From Octopus vulgaris (taxonomy: Eukaryota), in the NCBI GenBank assembly GCA_951406725.2, contig OX597828.1:682001-746000 (forward strand): a stretch of DNA of 64,000 nucleotides, given 5' to 3'. This document shows, in pieces, positions 24,370-38,189 of the stretch. Under the pieces are notes generated by a model that worked only from the letters and a program-made list of their open reading frames with translations, did no database searches and was not told the DNA's origin. The translations under genes were made by a program, and so were the position numbers. The first letter of the stretch is position 1, and each line of letters begins with the position of its first letter.

Positions 24370-25450
24370 TGAAGGCAAAGCTATTCCCTTCAACACCAAC
24401 AAACCTTCCAATACTGTTGGAAGGTTTGCTGATTCCTATTCAAACTACAGGATCAACTCATCTGTCATCTCTTGAATCAGTAGCTTCTCATCAGATCACA
24501 CTATTGCCTTATTGCCATTATGTCTCCCCCCACCCCCATCTTTCTGTCAACTCTAGTATGCCCCATGCTGTGCTTTTGTTCCCCACTCTTTCTTTTGTGC
24601 ATCAATGAACTACTTGCTATTATATACAACTATCGTTCCTATTTAGATGACATTCACCGACCATCAAATACTAGCAACCTAGAAACTCATGCCAAATCCA
24701 GAGAAACAGAAACCTTTGAAATCCTGCTCCAATGGCAATTTGCCAATCTTGTCTCTTTCAGCAATAGGAAAACACAAATAATACTCACATCAAGAAAAAT
24801 ATCATTGACAGACCTCAAAATTGCTCCAATTGTTGGGTGTTACAATCACCCATCATTCGAGCATGGTTGTTGCCAGTGCTGCCTAACTGGCTCCCTTGCT
24901 GGTGACATGTAAAAAGAACCATTCAAGCATGGTCGATGCCAGTACCTTTTGACTGGCCCTCGTGCTGGTGGCATGTAAAAAACACCCACTACACTCTTGG
25001 AATGGTTGGCATTAGGAAGGGCATCCAGCTGTAGAAACTTTGCCAGATCAGATTGGAGCCTGATGCAGCCTTCTGGCTCACCAGCCCTCAGTCAAACCAT
25101 CCAACCCATGGAAAGCAGACGTTAAACAATGCTGATGATAGCTAAGATCATATCCCAATGATTGGTCCTTCTCTTTAGAGTGAAAAGATACTTCATACCT
25201 CAACAATGAGTGATACTCTACAAAGCTCAGGTGAAGTCGACAAGGAAATATTCCTCTCACATCTGGTATGATGAGATTGCCACATGTACAGAAACCCTAG
25301 ACTGCATTCAGAAAAGGGTCACCTATATGACTAACTTAAATCATTCTGAGACATCATGATTCAGCTTCCAGTTAACACACACTCCTCATTCTCTCTCTGC
25401 CTTTTCTATCACTATTATAATGGCCCTCTACTCCTCACAGGAGTAGAGGG
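24370..25450 (+). pseudogene. Highly decayed LINE RT remnant interrupted by an RTE-tail copy
   Basis: VNSSMPHAVLLFPTL / LFLLCINELL / SYLDD resemble VPQGSVLSPTLF..INDL..YADD. Confidence 0.5.
24838..25140 (+). mobile_element. Short RTE 3'-tail copy with two array units
   Basis: GTGCTGGTGGCATGTAAAAAACACCCACTACAC...GCAGACGTTAAAC. Confidence 0.8.
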
Positions 25451-25844
25451 CCATTATAATATGGCCTCTACTCCTCACAGGCACTGCCATACAGCACTCT
25501 GAAGACTTCTTTGTAGCACTGGGTATTAAAACACCTGGAGGTCATAGACAGGCAAGACAACTGAAAGTCGTAGATACTTAAAAGTTATACACTGGTGATT
25601 CACTCCATCCCTAGTTCAATTCAGGTACATGTTAATTAAACCACAATCAATACCCATCACTCCTGAATGTGACTGAAGGGAAATTGCCTTGCTTGTCAAT
25701 GACTTTTAGATGTTTTAACACCATTGAGTATGAATTAAAAGCACTGCTTTTAATTCATATATAGTTTGCTATACAATATCTCAGCCAAAAATAAAAGTAT
25801 TTTTAAAAAATCAGAAAATATCAACTCGGTTATGGCTGGGAGAT

Positions 25845-26020
25845 TAACAGTTTCCTCAAAGTAGTCACCCTCAGCTTCAACCATGGATACAAGACGGCTC
25901 CAGAATCTGGCACATGCATTCCTCTAAGTGTCGTTCGGGAAGATCTTTGAACATCTCGTTGATCTTGGTCAGCAGCTGAGTCACGGTGTTGCAGGCAGAG
26001 CAGTTGATGTCTTTCTCGAT
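25845..26020 (-). pseudogene. Tc1/mariner-superfamily transposase C-terminal fragment
   Basis: IEKDINCSACNTVTQLLTKINEMFKDLP...RFWSRLVSMVEAEGDYFE. Confidence 0.6.
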
Positions 26021-26120
26021 TGGAGCCTGGTGCGGCCGTCTGGTTCACCACCCCTCAGTCAAAATCGTCCAAGCCATGCTAGCATGGAAAGCAGACGTTA
26101 AACGATGATGATGATGATGA
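26018..26120 (+). mobile_element. Short RTE 3'-tail copy
   Basis: GATTGGAGCCTGGTGCGGCC...CATGCTAGCATGGAAAGCAGACGTTAAACG(ATG)n. Confidence 0.8.
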
Positions 26121-27163
26121 CCGCAGACATCTTAATCCACAGGATTACACTTGGCAGAATTAGGAGGCAAGTTGTGGAAATTCTCTGACAACCACTTCTG
26201 ACTAAGCCAAATCCTGCAGCTACACACATTGCCTCCCAGCAGCAACTCTTTCCAGTCAGGGTATGACCACAGTCTCCAGCTGCTTCACAGTTATTTGTAT
26301 TGAGCCTAAGGCTGTGTTCAAACATGTGAGGATGAACTCTAAGGTACGGATGTAGTCAGAACGCCGGCTATGTCCCTTCCTGCCCCGTAATCTCTGTTAC
26401 AGCTGTCCATGTCATGTCGTACAGTGTTCACATAGTACCAAGCAGCAGCTATAATGTGGGCATTTTGATATTCGGTGTGAATCATCCATGATACAGATGT
26501 TATCCGACATTCCAGTCCTCCATGTCAGCTAACTTTTTCTCAACTACAACTTTAACCTTTATGCTCTCCAGCGCCGTTGACTGTTCACCAATCTATCAAA
26601 CTGTTCCTGAAAAAAAAGAGACATGAAATATCGTCAAATTCAGCCCGAACACCCAGTGTGCATATGTGTCTGTGTGCGCGCGCGCTTTCGTACCATAGGT
26701 AAACAGATAGTGAGGACGAGAGATAGTTTAAGAGAGAGGAGGAGGGAGAGAGAGAGAGAGAAATATGGGAGGAGATAAGACTTTTAATATTCGAGTTGAC
26801 AAGGAAATAAAAATATGTCCCAAGCTAGGATTAATATGGCTACTACTACTACAATGAGACCGAGTTTCAACAATCTTATCGTTTGTTTCAGCCAACAAAA
26901 GCCCATAAAGCATTTTACACTCTTGATTTATGAACAAAAATATTTGTAATTAACTGTAATAAAATATCACAAGACATAGAAATACTTTGCTTTTGAATCT
27001 GACTTCGAAATGACTCATAACTTAACGTTTAACATAGTTTATAAATAAAAAGAACGAAATTTGAACACCCCAAAACTTTTCATTCTTAAAGACAAAACAA
27101 TATCCGTAGAAGATCGTTGTTAAATGTAATTAGCTTTATATTTCGATGGAATATGTTTATTAC

Positions 27164-27377
27164 CTGGTTTTGAAGTATCTGTATTTTCTCCGACAGTTCT
27201 CTGTTGCGATTCTGCTTCAGAATCGTTCATTTTCGATTGTGGCGGCTGAGTATTATTATTATCGTTAGTTTTTAGTAAAGCTCCACGGAGTTTATACTGG
27301 ACAGCAAGTCGGTCCATGCTCGTAATTGAAGGTAGTATTTGAAAAAGGTCAGGGCATACACGAGCAGAAGAATATTT
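27164..27377 (-). CDS. Candidate host exon of a minus-strand gene
   Basis: Non-repetitive 214-bp open frame KYSSARVCPDLFQILPSITSMDRLAVQYKLRGALL...TSKP, bounded by cacttag| and CAG|gtaata; strong acceptor downstream at 26606 (tctcttttttttcag). Confidence 0.35.
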
Positions 27378-27698
27378 CTAAGTGTACATGGAGATTATTT
27401 TACCGCTTACATTTCCTGAGAGCGTGTTTGTGTGCAGGTGCGCGCAAAGTCTACGTAAGCATGTGTGATGGTGGTGATGGTGGCGGGCAGTGTAACTTTG
27501 GACTTAGCAGCGTAGTCTAAAATAGATAATGCACATTGAATGAGCTATTAGTTTAATATACACTGTTGAAATGAGTCAGAAAGGGAGACATGCCAGAAAT
27601 ATCAGCTAAATGTCCTTCGAACTATATCCTGCTGGTTTGGAAAAAAAAAAAGCATGGACAATGTCCTAAATATACTATATTGGGGAAAAGAATGTGAT

Positions 27699-28560
27699 GG
27701 TATAGCTTCGTTAAGCTATACGCAAAGAAACTAGTAGAGACGAGAATACATTTATCAAATGTTTATTACTTTACGTACGTCAAGGCTTAAGTGGTCAGTT
27801 ATTTCTGTTCACTCAGATTCGTTTCAAGCTCGCTGTTGACATTCTTCTGTTTTTCTTCTCCTTCCGGAAGTCCTTTTGTTTCCCTGCTGACCGACATCCT
27901 AGCTAGCCTGCAGAGAAGTTTCTGTCTACAGTTCGACAGTCACGAATCCTGCCCTACATAGCTCTCCCGCCAGAACTGTAGACTGTCATTGGAAACAGGA
28001 AGGCGTTTTAATTGTCCTGCCCATGCGTGCGGTTACTCGATTCTTTGGTGACTGTTCCTTGTCAAGGGTTGGTGTGATCTGTCTAGGACGGCCCCTGTTT
28101 GATGGTTGGGCCACCTGAACGGGGCTGTCAATGTCGAGATGGGCTGGTTTCAATCTATCGATGGAGACTGTGTCTTGTCGCCCGCCAGTTAGGAGTTGGA
28201 ATGTTTTATCTCCAGGATGTATGACTTGATATGGACCATCGTAGGGTGACTGGAGGGGTCTTCGTCGTGTGTCACGTCGGACGAACACAAAGTCAGTCGT
28301 ACGGAGGTCATTTTTGGTACGGAAGATCGTGTGTCGACATGGGAACAGGGCGCAACTGGCCCACGCTGTCTCTCAGTTAAGCGAGGTACCTTTTGACATC
28401 CGGGTCTGACTTCGTATTCGGAAGGAACCCTCGTGGCACCGTAAGGGGAGCACCGTACACCATTTCCGCGGAGGAAGTGTTGAGATCTTCTTTTGGAGCA
28501 GCGCGGGTTCCTAGCATCACCCATGGGAATTGGTCGATCTAATTTGGCCCGTTAAGTCTG
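27699..28560 (-). mobile_element. Gypsy LTR retrotransposon 3' remnant (integrase GPY/F domain, PPT, 3' LTR about 27958-27699)
   Basis: FVRRD..PLQSPYDGPYQV...TVSIDRLKPAH; WVMLGTRAAPKEDL..SSAEMVYG; purine tract then TGTAGGG. Confidence 0.85.
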
Positions 28561-28619
28561 GTTGTCAGTGATTCCTTCAGGCAGCAGGGAAATCTCTCCA
28601 CTAATCCGTTGGCCTGGAT

Positions 28620-28935
28620 TTCCAAGATATAGTTCTTACAACCAGGTCATCACAGATCCTCCTCCATGTTTAACAGTTGAAAGAAGGCAGTCTGGGTCAA
28701 ATGCTTCTTTTGGCTGTTTCCACATCTATACTCGGCCACTGGTCGGAAATAGGGTAAAGGATGACTTTGTCCTAGAAAATAACATTCTAGGGACCAATTC
28801 TGTAGGTTTTTACTCCACTCTAAACGCTTTGCAACGTTTTTGTTTGTTTGTTTGTTTTTTTTGTTTTCTTTGAAAGTAGTGGTTTTCTGATTGCAGCCCT
28901 CCCGTGAAATCCGGCTTCGTGCAGCTCCCGTCTTT
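28620..28935 (-). pseudogene. Tc1 transposase fragment
   Basis: RRELHEAGFHGRAAIRKPLLS..NVAKRLEWSKNLQNWSLE..FTLFPTSGRV..PDCLLSTVKHGGGSVM. Confidence 0.85.
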
Positions 28936-29990
28936 ACATTCCCTCCAGTTGACAATCAGTTCCTCGAGAGAGCTTAATTCCACATTGGTTCCTTCTGGCC
29001 TCATCATTTTTTAATAATTTTTCCATTCATCCCATTCCATTCGATGTTCTTCCTTAATCCTTGCAATCTCCGCAAAGCTTCTATCTTCTCTCGCGAGTTT
29101 TTCCATCTTACTCTGCGAAACATATGACTGCCCTGACTATTCCGAAGAGGACAGTTCTGAGCAGCTGATATCTGAATCGCTGATATCTTCTAACATTTTC
29201 ACTTGGCTTACCCTCCTCTATGAAGAGGGAAAGTTTGTTTGTTTGTCCCCACTCCCCACAAGAATAGCTGGTAGGAAGCCTTCCATTCAATATTACTTCC
29301 AATTTTACCCCATTTGGTAGTTCTGTTGTCTCTGGTATTCCAGTATATTCTGTTTGGTTGACTCGAAAAAACATCTCCAGTCCGTAACCCATCAATTTAT
29401 TTGTTGGGTCCGGGTTATCTGGAGGATGCTGATGCTCTCATCTCCTTCTTCGTCTCCCACGTCAAGGATCGCCGCTATTAGCCACTCGGGTTCCATTTCA
29501 GGCAGAATCCTGCCCACTCTAACTCTGGCAACGCACTTGCCCAGGTATGTAGGCAGGAGGGTCCACACGTCCGAATGTAACAGCACAGCGGAGTACTCGC
29601 TTGCCTCCTTTTTGGAGGTGTAAGTGACCACCACTGTGCCGTACCTTCTACCTCTTGTGCAATCTCTTCTAGGTACTTTTCTACTTCTTTCTGTGTTGCC
29701 ATATCTAGTTTTCTCTGGCTTCTCGAGAACGTTCTGTATATAATCTCTTTTTTTTTTTTCCATTTCCTTCAATTCTTCTTCTGGTGGGATCAACTTTATG
29801 TTAGATCCCTCTCTCTCTGTACCCTTTCTTGGTATTTTTGTATGAGCTCGTCTTTGAAATCTACTTCATATTGCTTCAGCAAACTTGGGTCCACAGTTTT
29901 CTGTCTTCCTGTTGCTGAAGCGTAAGTCTTCGACTCCATTTGAGATACCTTTCCACGTAAAAACCAATTACAGACACAAACCAACCACTA
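28935..29990 (-). pseudogene. Decayed L1/Tx1-type ORF1 (gag-like), homologous to 62662-64000
   Basis: KTYASA, RGRRYGTVVV, LLPTYLG..RVRVGRI.PEMEPEWLIAAI, LNGRLPTSYSCGEWG parallel KTYAGA, RGNEFGTIIV, LLPSYMN..RIRVEGI.PHIEGEWVVAAI, VEGRAPRCYKCGLRGH. Confidence 0.75.
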
Positions 29991-30901
29991 CGGATGGCGT
30001 CACACTTATTGAGTTATCTTCTTGATATTACTAATAAAATTACTACGAATGTTCGAGGAAATTTCTTTCTTTGTTGCCCACAAGCGGTCGACAAAGAGAG
30101 GACAGCACAAACACATGTGGGGACACATAACACAAAATAGCTAAAATAAAATTCAAAATAAAATTATAAATATGATAATATGAATAAATAACGAGGATGA
30201 GAAAATGGAAATGTACTGCTTGCCCCACCTCAAGCAGCATCACTTACTTCCTTGGGAGCCCTTTAACTACATCAACACCAAATTTCTCTCATAGTTCTTC
30301 ATACCCTATGTTGTCTGGTATCTTTTTAATGTCTGTATTGATTTCCCAGAACTTATAACCTTTTTTGCATTTCCTCACTACTTCTATCTGTTTTTCTGAC
30401 AGTAATTTCATCTCGTGGCTTCCCCTTTCTTACTCCTCGATTCTCTTCTCTTTATAACTTTATATTTGTCAACAATGCTTGGAAATATGTATTAGTTACT
30501 TTGCTTTTGAGAAAAGACGCCTAACTTACTTTCACAACTTTATCGGGACTTGTTGCAGGTCGTTCATCCATGACATCATGCACATACATATTGCATATGA
30601 ATAAGGTTATTACGTAAGTTATGGTCATCTTGAAATAGCTGTCGAGATAAGACATTTCATAATTCTTTTGTTTTTTCTCTTTTTTCTTTATTTTGTAATC
30701 TATGTTTCATGCTCCATGTGAATATATGCCCGAAGCCTACCTCTGTTTATCTACTTCACTACCTTATAATGATTGTTCTTACAACCGATTTCCGATGCAG
30801 AGATATCGGCCCAGGATGAAGTGATTGAAATTTAAGTTCCTATCCATTTGAGCACTACTCTATGTTATCTACACAAAACTTATTTGCTTTCACCGACTCA
30901 C

Positions 30902-30979
<78 letters not shown>

Positions 30980-31057
30980 TACACACACAACTATACATAT
31001 GATACAAAGCAAACTGAAGATTTTATTTCGACTATATTGACCCCAGTTTCAAATGAA

Positions 31058-31200
31058 GGCACGTGACCTAGAAGTTTAGATATTGGGACCATAATCATAA
31101 TGTCTTGGGTTCAATTCCTGGGTCAGACAGTGCACTGTGTCCTTGAGCAAGGCACTTTATTTCACGTTGTTCCTATCACCTGGTCAAGAAATAAGTAGCA
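31058..31200 (+). mobile_element. tRNA-derived SINE (diverged)
   Basis: GGCACGTGACCTAG...GGGTTCAATTCC...GTGTCCTTGAGCAAGGCACTTT. Confidence 0.65.
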
Positions 31201-31655
31201 GCATGTAGCTACTTCTCTGTCCCTGCAGTTGTCACACCCAGGATGAACAGCTGGGTGAAAAGTGAAGGGGCCGAAAGGGGTGTCTGCTCGCCACTACATA
31301 AACTCATAAAATACAAACAACTTCCCTCCCACTTAACATAAACATCGTGCACGTTATGAAGCCACACTCAATCGCAAGTGACAGCTAACTGCCCTCGCAC
31401 TTTTGAATAAGGGGAAATAGACACTGAAAGCATGATTGTTGGATTAATGTCTAACTGGATAGGCGCTCCCAACATAGTAAGCCTTGCTAAAGACCTCCAA
31501 AGGACCCGCCGGTGGTTATGGGGTCAAACCAGTTGACAAATAAAGAATTAGATTTTAGCTCTAAATATGCGAAACAAAGTAACAAAGTAACGTTTAAAAT
31601 GTGTGCGTGTGTGTGCGTGCGTGCGTGCGTGCGTGTGTGCGTTTGTGTGTGTGTG

Positions 31656-31765
<110 letters not shown>

Positions 31766-31772
31766 TGCATAC

Positions 31773-32115
31773 TTTTATTCTTTTACTCGTTTCAAGTATT
31801 GGATTGGGACTAGTCGAACAAATCGATCTGTGTGCTTCTTTTTAAAGTTCCGTGCTCGTTCTGTCGGGCTCTTTTGCCGATCTGCCAGATTACGAAGATA
31901 TAAACAAACCAACACCGGTTGCCAAGTGGTGTGGAGACAAATACATTGGCATGCACACATATGATAGGCTTCCACACAGTTTCCGTCTACCAAATTTATT
32001 CACAAGTCATTGGTTGGCTCGGAGTTATTGCAGAAGACACTTGTCCTATGAGGCGCAGTGTGGAACTGAACCAGAAACCATATGGTTGGCAAGCGAACTT
32101 AATCACAAACCCATG
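31773..32115 (-). mobile_element. tRNA-derived SINE, near full length
   Basis: Reverse complement has head GGTTTCTGGTTCAGTTCCACACTGCG and tail TGAAACGAGTAAAAGAATAAAAG; family of 7165-7381. Confidence 0.8.
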
Positions 32116-32294
32116 TATTTGGTTGCATCATTGTATTTTCTTCTTATCCCATAGTTCAGCCGGAACATGACTCGATCGAATATCTTTCTTGCAATAAAAC
32201 TGAAGCCGTACAGCGAAGAAATCTATCAAACACGCGCGCGCGCGCGCACACACACGCGCACACACACACACAAATGCACGCACGCACGCACACA

Positions 32295-32348
<54 letters not shown>

Positions 32349-32582
32349 ACAAAACAGCGTGTTGAGATAAGGAGTGATGGCATGGTGATAGCATTGACAT
32401 GTTAGTGGTGGTGGTAGTTCTCATGAGAAGGTATCATTTAGCTCCAGGTCAACCCTAATTGACCAGAGCTATGAGCAAAGGCATTTCGTCCGTGACCATA
32501 CCCTTTTGTTTCAAACAGCTCCCATGGCAAGTTATTCTACTGGAATATTGGCTCGCGATGTTGTTATGTTTAGTCTTGGCGC

Positions 32583-32748
32583 CAGGGCCGGCCCTAGGGT
32601 TGCTGGCGTCCCGAGCAAGCTGAACTTCAGAGTATACAAGCTGACGGTTGTGGAAATTTCCTTGTCTTTGTTACACCCTCCTTGGCACCCATTAGCATAT
32701 GGTGCCCCGGGCGACTGCCCGAGTTGCCGGTGCCTTGAGCCGGCCCTG
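32583..32748. mobile_element. hAT-type MITE
   Basis: TIR CAGGGCCGGC / GCCGGCCCTG; 8-bp flanks CTTGGCGC / CTTGGACC (degenerate TSD). Confidence 0.75.
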
Positions 32749-33252
32749 CTTGGACCTATGATGAAAGATATTTCAACTGTGACAATCCCGCCATTAAAAA
32801 AAAAAAAATCTGTGGTTATGTTGTTCAATGTGTCCTTAATTTTAAACGGTTGTGCAATTTGAAGGGAATTTGTCTGTTATTTCTTACATGTGAAGTTACC
32901 AGTTGAAGGTAAGAAATAGTGATATGTGGGTGCCTCAGCAAACGTCCTCAAGTGTCTTCGAAGCCAGCAGAAATTCCACAATTCTAAATAAAATCGAAAC
33001 CAGAATTTTACAGTTCTCAGGAACAAGTTTGTCAATGGAAGTGACGTCATTGCTTTAACTCCCTCCAACTTCTCACCCCCAGTTGTTTCTATGGTTGTTG
33101 CTTTGTTGTCTTGACTCACAACTATCAATCATACGCACACATACAGAGAGAGATAGGTGGGGGGGGGGAAAATTAGGGACAGTGAGAAAGCCAGAGATCA
33201 AGGTGTTACCATGTGTATGAGCGTATGTGTGTGTGTTCGTGTGTGTGTGTGT

Positions 33253-33294
<42 letters not shown>

Positions 33295-33362
33295 CATTTC
33301 TATGTATATATGAATATATATGATATATATGTGCGTGTATATGTATGTATGTATGTATGTAT

Positions 33363-33489
<127 letters not shown>

Positions 33490-34361
33490 AAACGGAGAGA
33501 GAGATTTTGTGTTTGTGTTCTTTTGTATTGTTTTTGCTTTAAGTGGAACGTTTTGTCGGAAACTAAATTAAAAAGAAAACAAACAAACAGATTAAGAATA
33601 ACAATAACAACATCAACAGTAATAATAGCAAGAAACTAACTGAAAGAAAGAGCAAATGTGGTCGCTCGACTTGCTAGAAATAGTGGCCGAGATAAACTGT
33701 TAGTGTGGTTACGGATTGGACGCTTTTGATCATATTTCAGCTTAGTCAAGGTAAAGCTGGGGTTGAACAACAACAACAACAACAACAAAATAAAAGGAGA
33801 AATAATAGGAAGGAAAGAAGGGAAAAAGAAGGAAAATAAAGGGAAACAGAAAGGTGAGAAGAGAAACACATTATAAAGGGAAAATGATAAATGGATCTTA
33901 AAAGCAAATGGAAGAAAATGAATGAAGCAGACGACAGATATGTATACAAGCTATAGACACAGAATATCAAACCATATATATACATACAGACATATTGACA
34001 AAGTTATACACATACTTACACTAAAAGACACATCCATAAGGCAACATAACACTTACGTATACATACACGTGCGCGTGCTTCCGTATATGTGCATTTTTAT
34101 GATGTATATATATGTCTGTCTGTCTGTCTATCTTTCTATCTATCTATAATATTTTATATGCAAAAATATATATATATGTATACATACACACATAAACACA
34201 CACAAACTCACACATAAATCCACATGCACACATATTACACACGTACACACGAACATATTTCTTTATCACCCTCTCTCTATTTCTCTCTATTTCACTCTCT
34301 TTCCCTTTCTGATTTTCTATTTCTCTCTTTCTCACTCTCTGTCTCTCTCTGTCTCTCTCTC

Positions 34362-34449
<88 letters not shown>

Positions 34450-34594
34450 AAACACACACACACACTTACGAATGGTCCAATACAGACTTACATGCAGAAA
34501 GAACCACATATGCAGCCACATGCATTCAAACACTAAATACACAAAAGCACATAAATACAACTGAACCTATTCCGATACTATCTAATTTGTAGTC

Positions 34595-34737
<143 letters not shown>

Positions 34738-34997
34738 CTGTTAAATTGGTTGTATATCTAATCAGTTTTAGCCATGCTGGAAGATTACCTGTTCCTTCAT
34801 GTTATTTCCCTCCCTCCCTCCCACGCCAATATCACTATGAACAACTAATTACATCATATAAATCAAGCGATACGCACATACATACATACATATACACATG
34901 TAGATAAATATATATACATACACGCACACACATATATACACGCTATGCTCATACACACACACACATATACATACATATAATACATCAGACATCCAAA

Positions 34998-35100
34998 ATG
35001 GCTATGGAAAAACATTTAGTAGTTAAAGATGTCCACACACGTTGTGTAACAGCACTTGGTTATAATCCGACACGGCGAGAGATTGTTATTGGCTGTCAAG
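34998..35100 (+). CDS. WD40-repeat protein, coding exon 1
   Basis: aaaATGG start; MAMEKHLVVKDVHTRCVTALGYNPTRREIVIGCQ; donor AAG|gtaagt (phase 1); possible acceptor at 34988 implies an upstream UTR exon. Confidence 0.85.
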
Positions 35101-35169
35101 GTAAGTTTGCATTAATCACATTTTTATAGGTAATAATATTTTCTTACACTTAATAACACTTTACATCTG

Positions 35170-36394
35170 TGAGGGTGGGTTAAAAAGTTCATAGGCTGAC
35201 TATGGGGGAATGATACTAGAGCTGTGGAATCTTGCATGCATTAATTTCAACTGGCATCTGACTGTTCAAAGAAGACTTCAAAAGTAACTAGTAGTGACGT
35301 CACTTAAAAATGGACAAAATTTGGCATCGTAATGTTACCAAATACCTGCAGAAAAGATTTTAGCCCCCTAAGAACATTCAGGCCTGTCATGATTGCTACA
35401 TTAGTGAAGGACACTCCAGATTCATCGACACCGAAAAAAGTGGGCAGCTGAATTTAGGAGAAGGGAGAGTCTTGAAGATGACCCAAAGTCTGGACGTCCT
35501 GCAACTGCCACCATCGAAGAAAACACCGATCGTGTTCACCACATGGGGAGGAATGAAAGGCAACTGGTTATAAATCAAATAGTAATGCTTTTAGTATATC
35601 CCGTGAGACAGTGAGGAATATTCTGCACAATGAACTTGGCATGATGAAGGCTTCTGCTCGGTGGGTTCCATGTCTTTTGACACCTGATTAAAAGCGCACC
35701 AGGCTGATCACACCACGGGAAAATCTGACATTGTTTGAGGCAGATCCAGCTGGTTTCCTTGAATGCTTCTTAACTCAGGTTGAGTGTTAGCTTCATCACT
35801 TTGAGCCAGAGACAAAGAAACGATTCAAGCAGTGGAAGCACCCTTCCTCACCTGCTCTAAAGGAAGACAAGGTCGTTTCATTTGTAAGGAAAGTGATGGT
35901 CTCAGTTTTTTGGGGTTACACCATCAATTGAGAGTACCATGCCAACTTGCTGAGGCAGTTTCGAATGGCTATGAAAACCAAACACCAGGAACACTGACAA
36001 AAGCGGTCTTGTTTCAAAAGCGGTCTTGCCCAGCGCACACGTCTTTGGTTTCAATGGCTTCTGTGTGTGTAGCTTTGAACCGGTTGATCACCCTCCCTGT
36101 CCTCATGATTTGGCCCCTTTTGACTATCATGTTTCCCAACGTGAGAAAAACACGTTGCTGGGAACCAATAGCGCAGTGTTGAAGTTATATCAGGTATTGA
36201 TGGCATTTTTCACTAACAGGATGGAAGCTTCAACAATGGATTCAAACACAACAACACCGTCGGAAGAAGTCTGTGTACCGCAAGGGGGTGTATGTTGAAA
36301 AAAAAGCCGCATTTGGTCAGATTCCATGAGAAAATCTTGGTCAGATTCCATGAGACAATCTTGGTCAGCCAGTGAAACTTTCTGCCTACTCTCG
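35170..36394 (+). mobile_element. Decayed mariner element (intron 1 of the WD40 gene)
   Basis: Degenerate TIRs GAGGGTGGGTTAAAAAGTTCATAGGCTGAC / GTCAGCCAGTGAAACTTTCTGCCTACTCTC; transposase motifs LEDDPKSGRP, WVPCLLT, HHFEPETK, PHDLAPFDYH. Confidence 0.85.
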
Positions 36395-36450
36395 CGACAA
36401 TACCTCAGACAAACTTCTTGTTTCTAATTTCAACTCTTGATTGAATACTA

Positions 36451-38154
36451 ACATACATACACACATACATACATACATACATACATACATACATACATAC
36501 ATACATACATACATACATACAATACATACATACATGTATGCATGCATGTATGCATGATTACATACATACAAACATACATACATACAATACATACATGCAT
36601 ACATACATACATACATACATACATACATACATACATACATACATACATACATACATACATACATGCATGCATTCATGCATGCATGCATACATACATACAT
36701 ACAATACATACATGCATACATACATACATACATACATACATACATACATACACATACATACTTACATACAATACATACATGCATACATACATACATACAT
36801 ACATACATACATACATACATACATACATACATACATACATACATACATACATACATACATACATACATACATACATACATACAATACATACATACATACA
36901 TGCATGCATGCATGTATGCATGATTACATACATACATACATTCATACATACATACAAACATACATACATACATACAATACATACATACATACATACATAC
37001 ATACATACATACATACATACATACATACATACATACATACATACATGGATGCATGCATGCATACATACATACATACATACATACAATACAATACATACAT
37101 GCATACATACATACATACATACATACATACATACATACATACATACATACATACATACATACATACAATACATACATGCATACATACATACATACAATAC
37201 ATACATGCATACATACATACATACATACATACATACATGCATGCATTCATGCATGCATACATACATACATACATACATACAATACATACATGCATACATA
37301 CATACATACATACATACATACATACATACATACATACATACATACATACATACATACATACATACATACATACATGCATACATACATACATACATACATA
37401 CATACATTATGGCTGCCCCCTCGTTATCGAGTATGGCCATTGCACGAAGCTTAACTGTTACTGGTGCTATGATCGAATGTGACTTTTTAGCTCAGCTAAA
37501 GATCTACAATGTCTTGTACAAAATTGGCAACTAAAACTTTTACTGGTAATAGCTGGCTATAGTTGTAACTGGGCTTCATGTACCTTTGCATGTCGTTTAA
37601 GTCCTCCTGCCGAATTACACTCTCTTCCACATGCCCGACAGATATGATTAGTATGGTGTGTTACACCACCACCAGTGGCCAGGTTGTCACTCATCTGTCT
37701 CGTTTTATGACTACGAAGATGACTCATGAGTCCAGCTTTACTGAGGCAGGGTCTTGCACAGACATTGCATGTCAGAATCAAAGGAAGACCCTTCCCTTCT
37801 GGAAGTGTAACAGCGATGCCCTCCCTGACATCCCTCCTCACTTTTTCATGTGCAACTCGAGATTTCTCAAACGTGGCTGTCCCCTCATGCACCATCCTTC
37901 TCCACCTGCTACGATCAATAGCTATGCCTTCCCATGTATCAGGAGAGATGCAAGCATCTCTTAAGGAAGCCTTCAGCAAGTCCTTATACATCTTTTTTGG
38001 TTTATGTGGAGGTCGTTCTCCTTTAGCTAACTCTCCATAAATACATACATGCATACATACATACATACATACATACATACATACATACATACATACATAC
38101 ATACATACATACATGCATACATGCATACATACATACATACATACATACATACAT

Positions 38155-38189
<35 letters not shown>

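Noticed and set aside
28838-28870. (AAAC)n tail of an ORF1-only element
   Set aside because: It lies inside the Tc1 transposase reading (KPLLSK...NVAKRLEW), so it is a local slippage expansion
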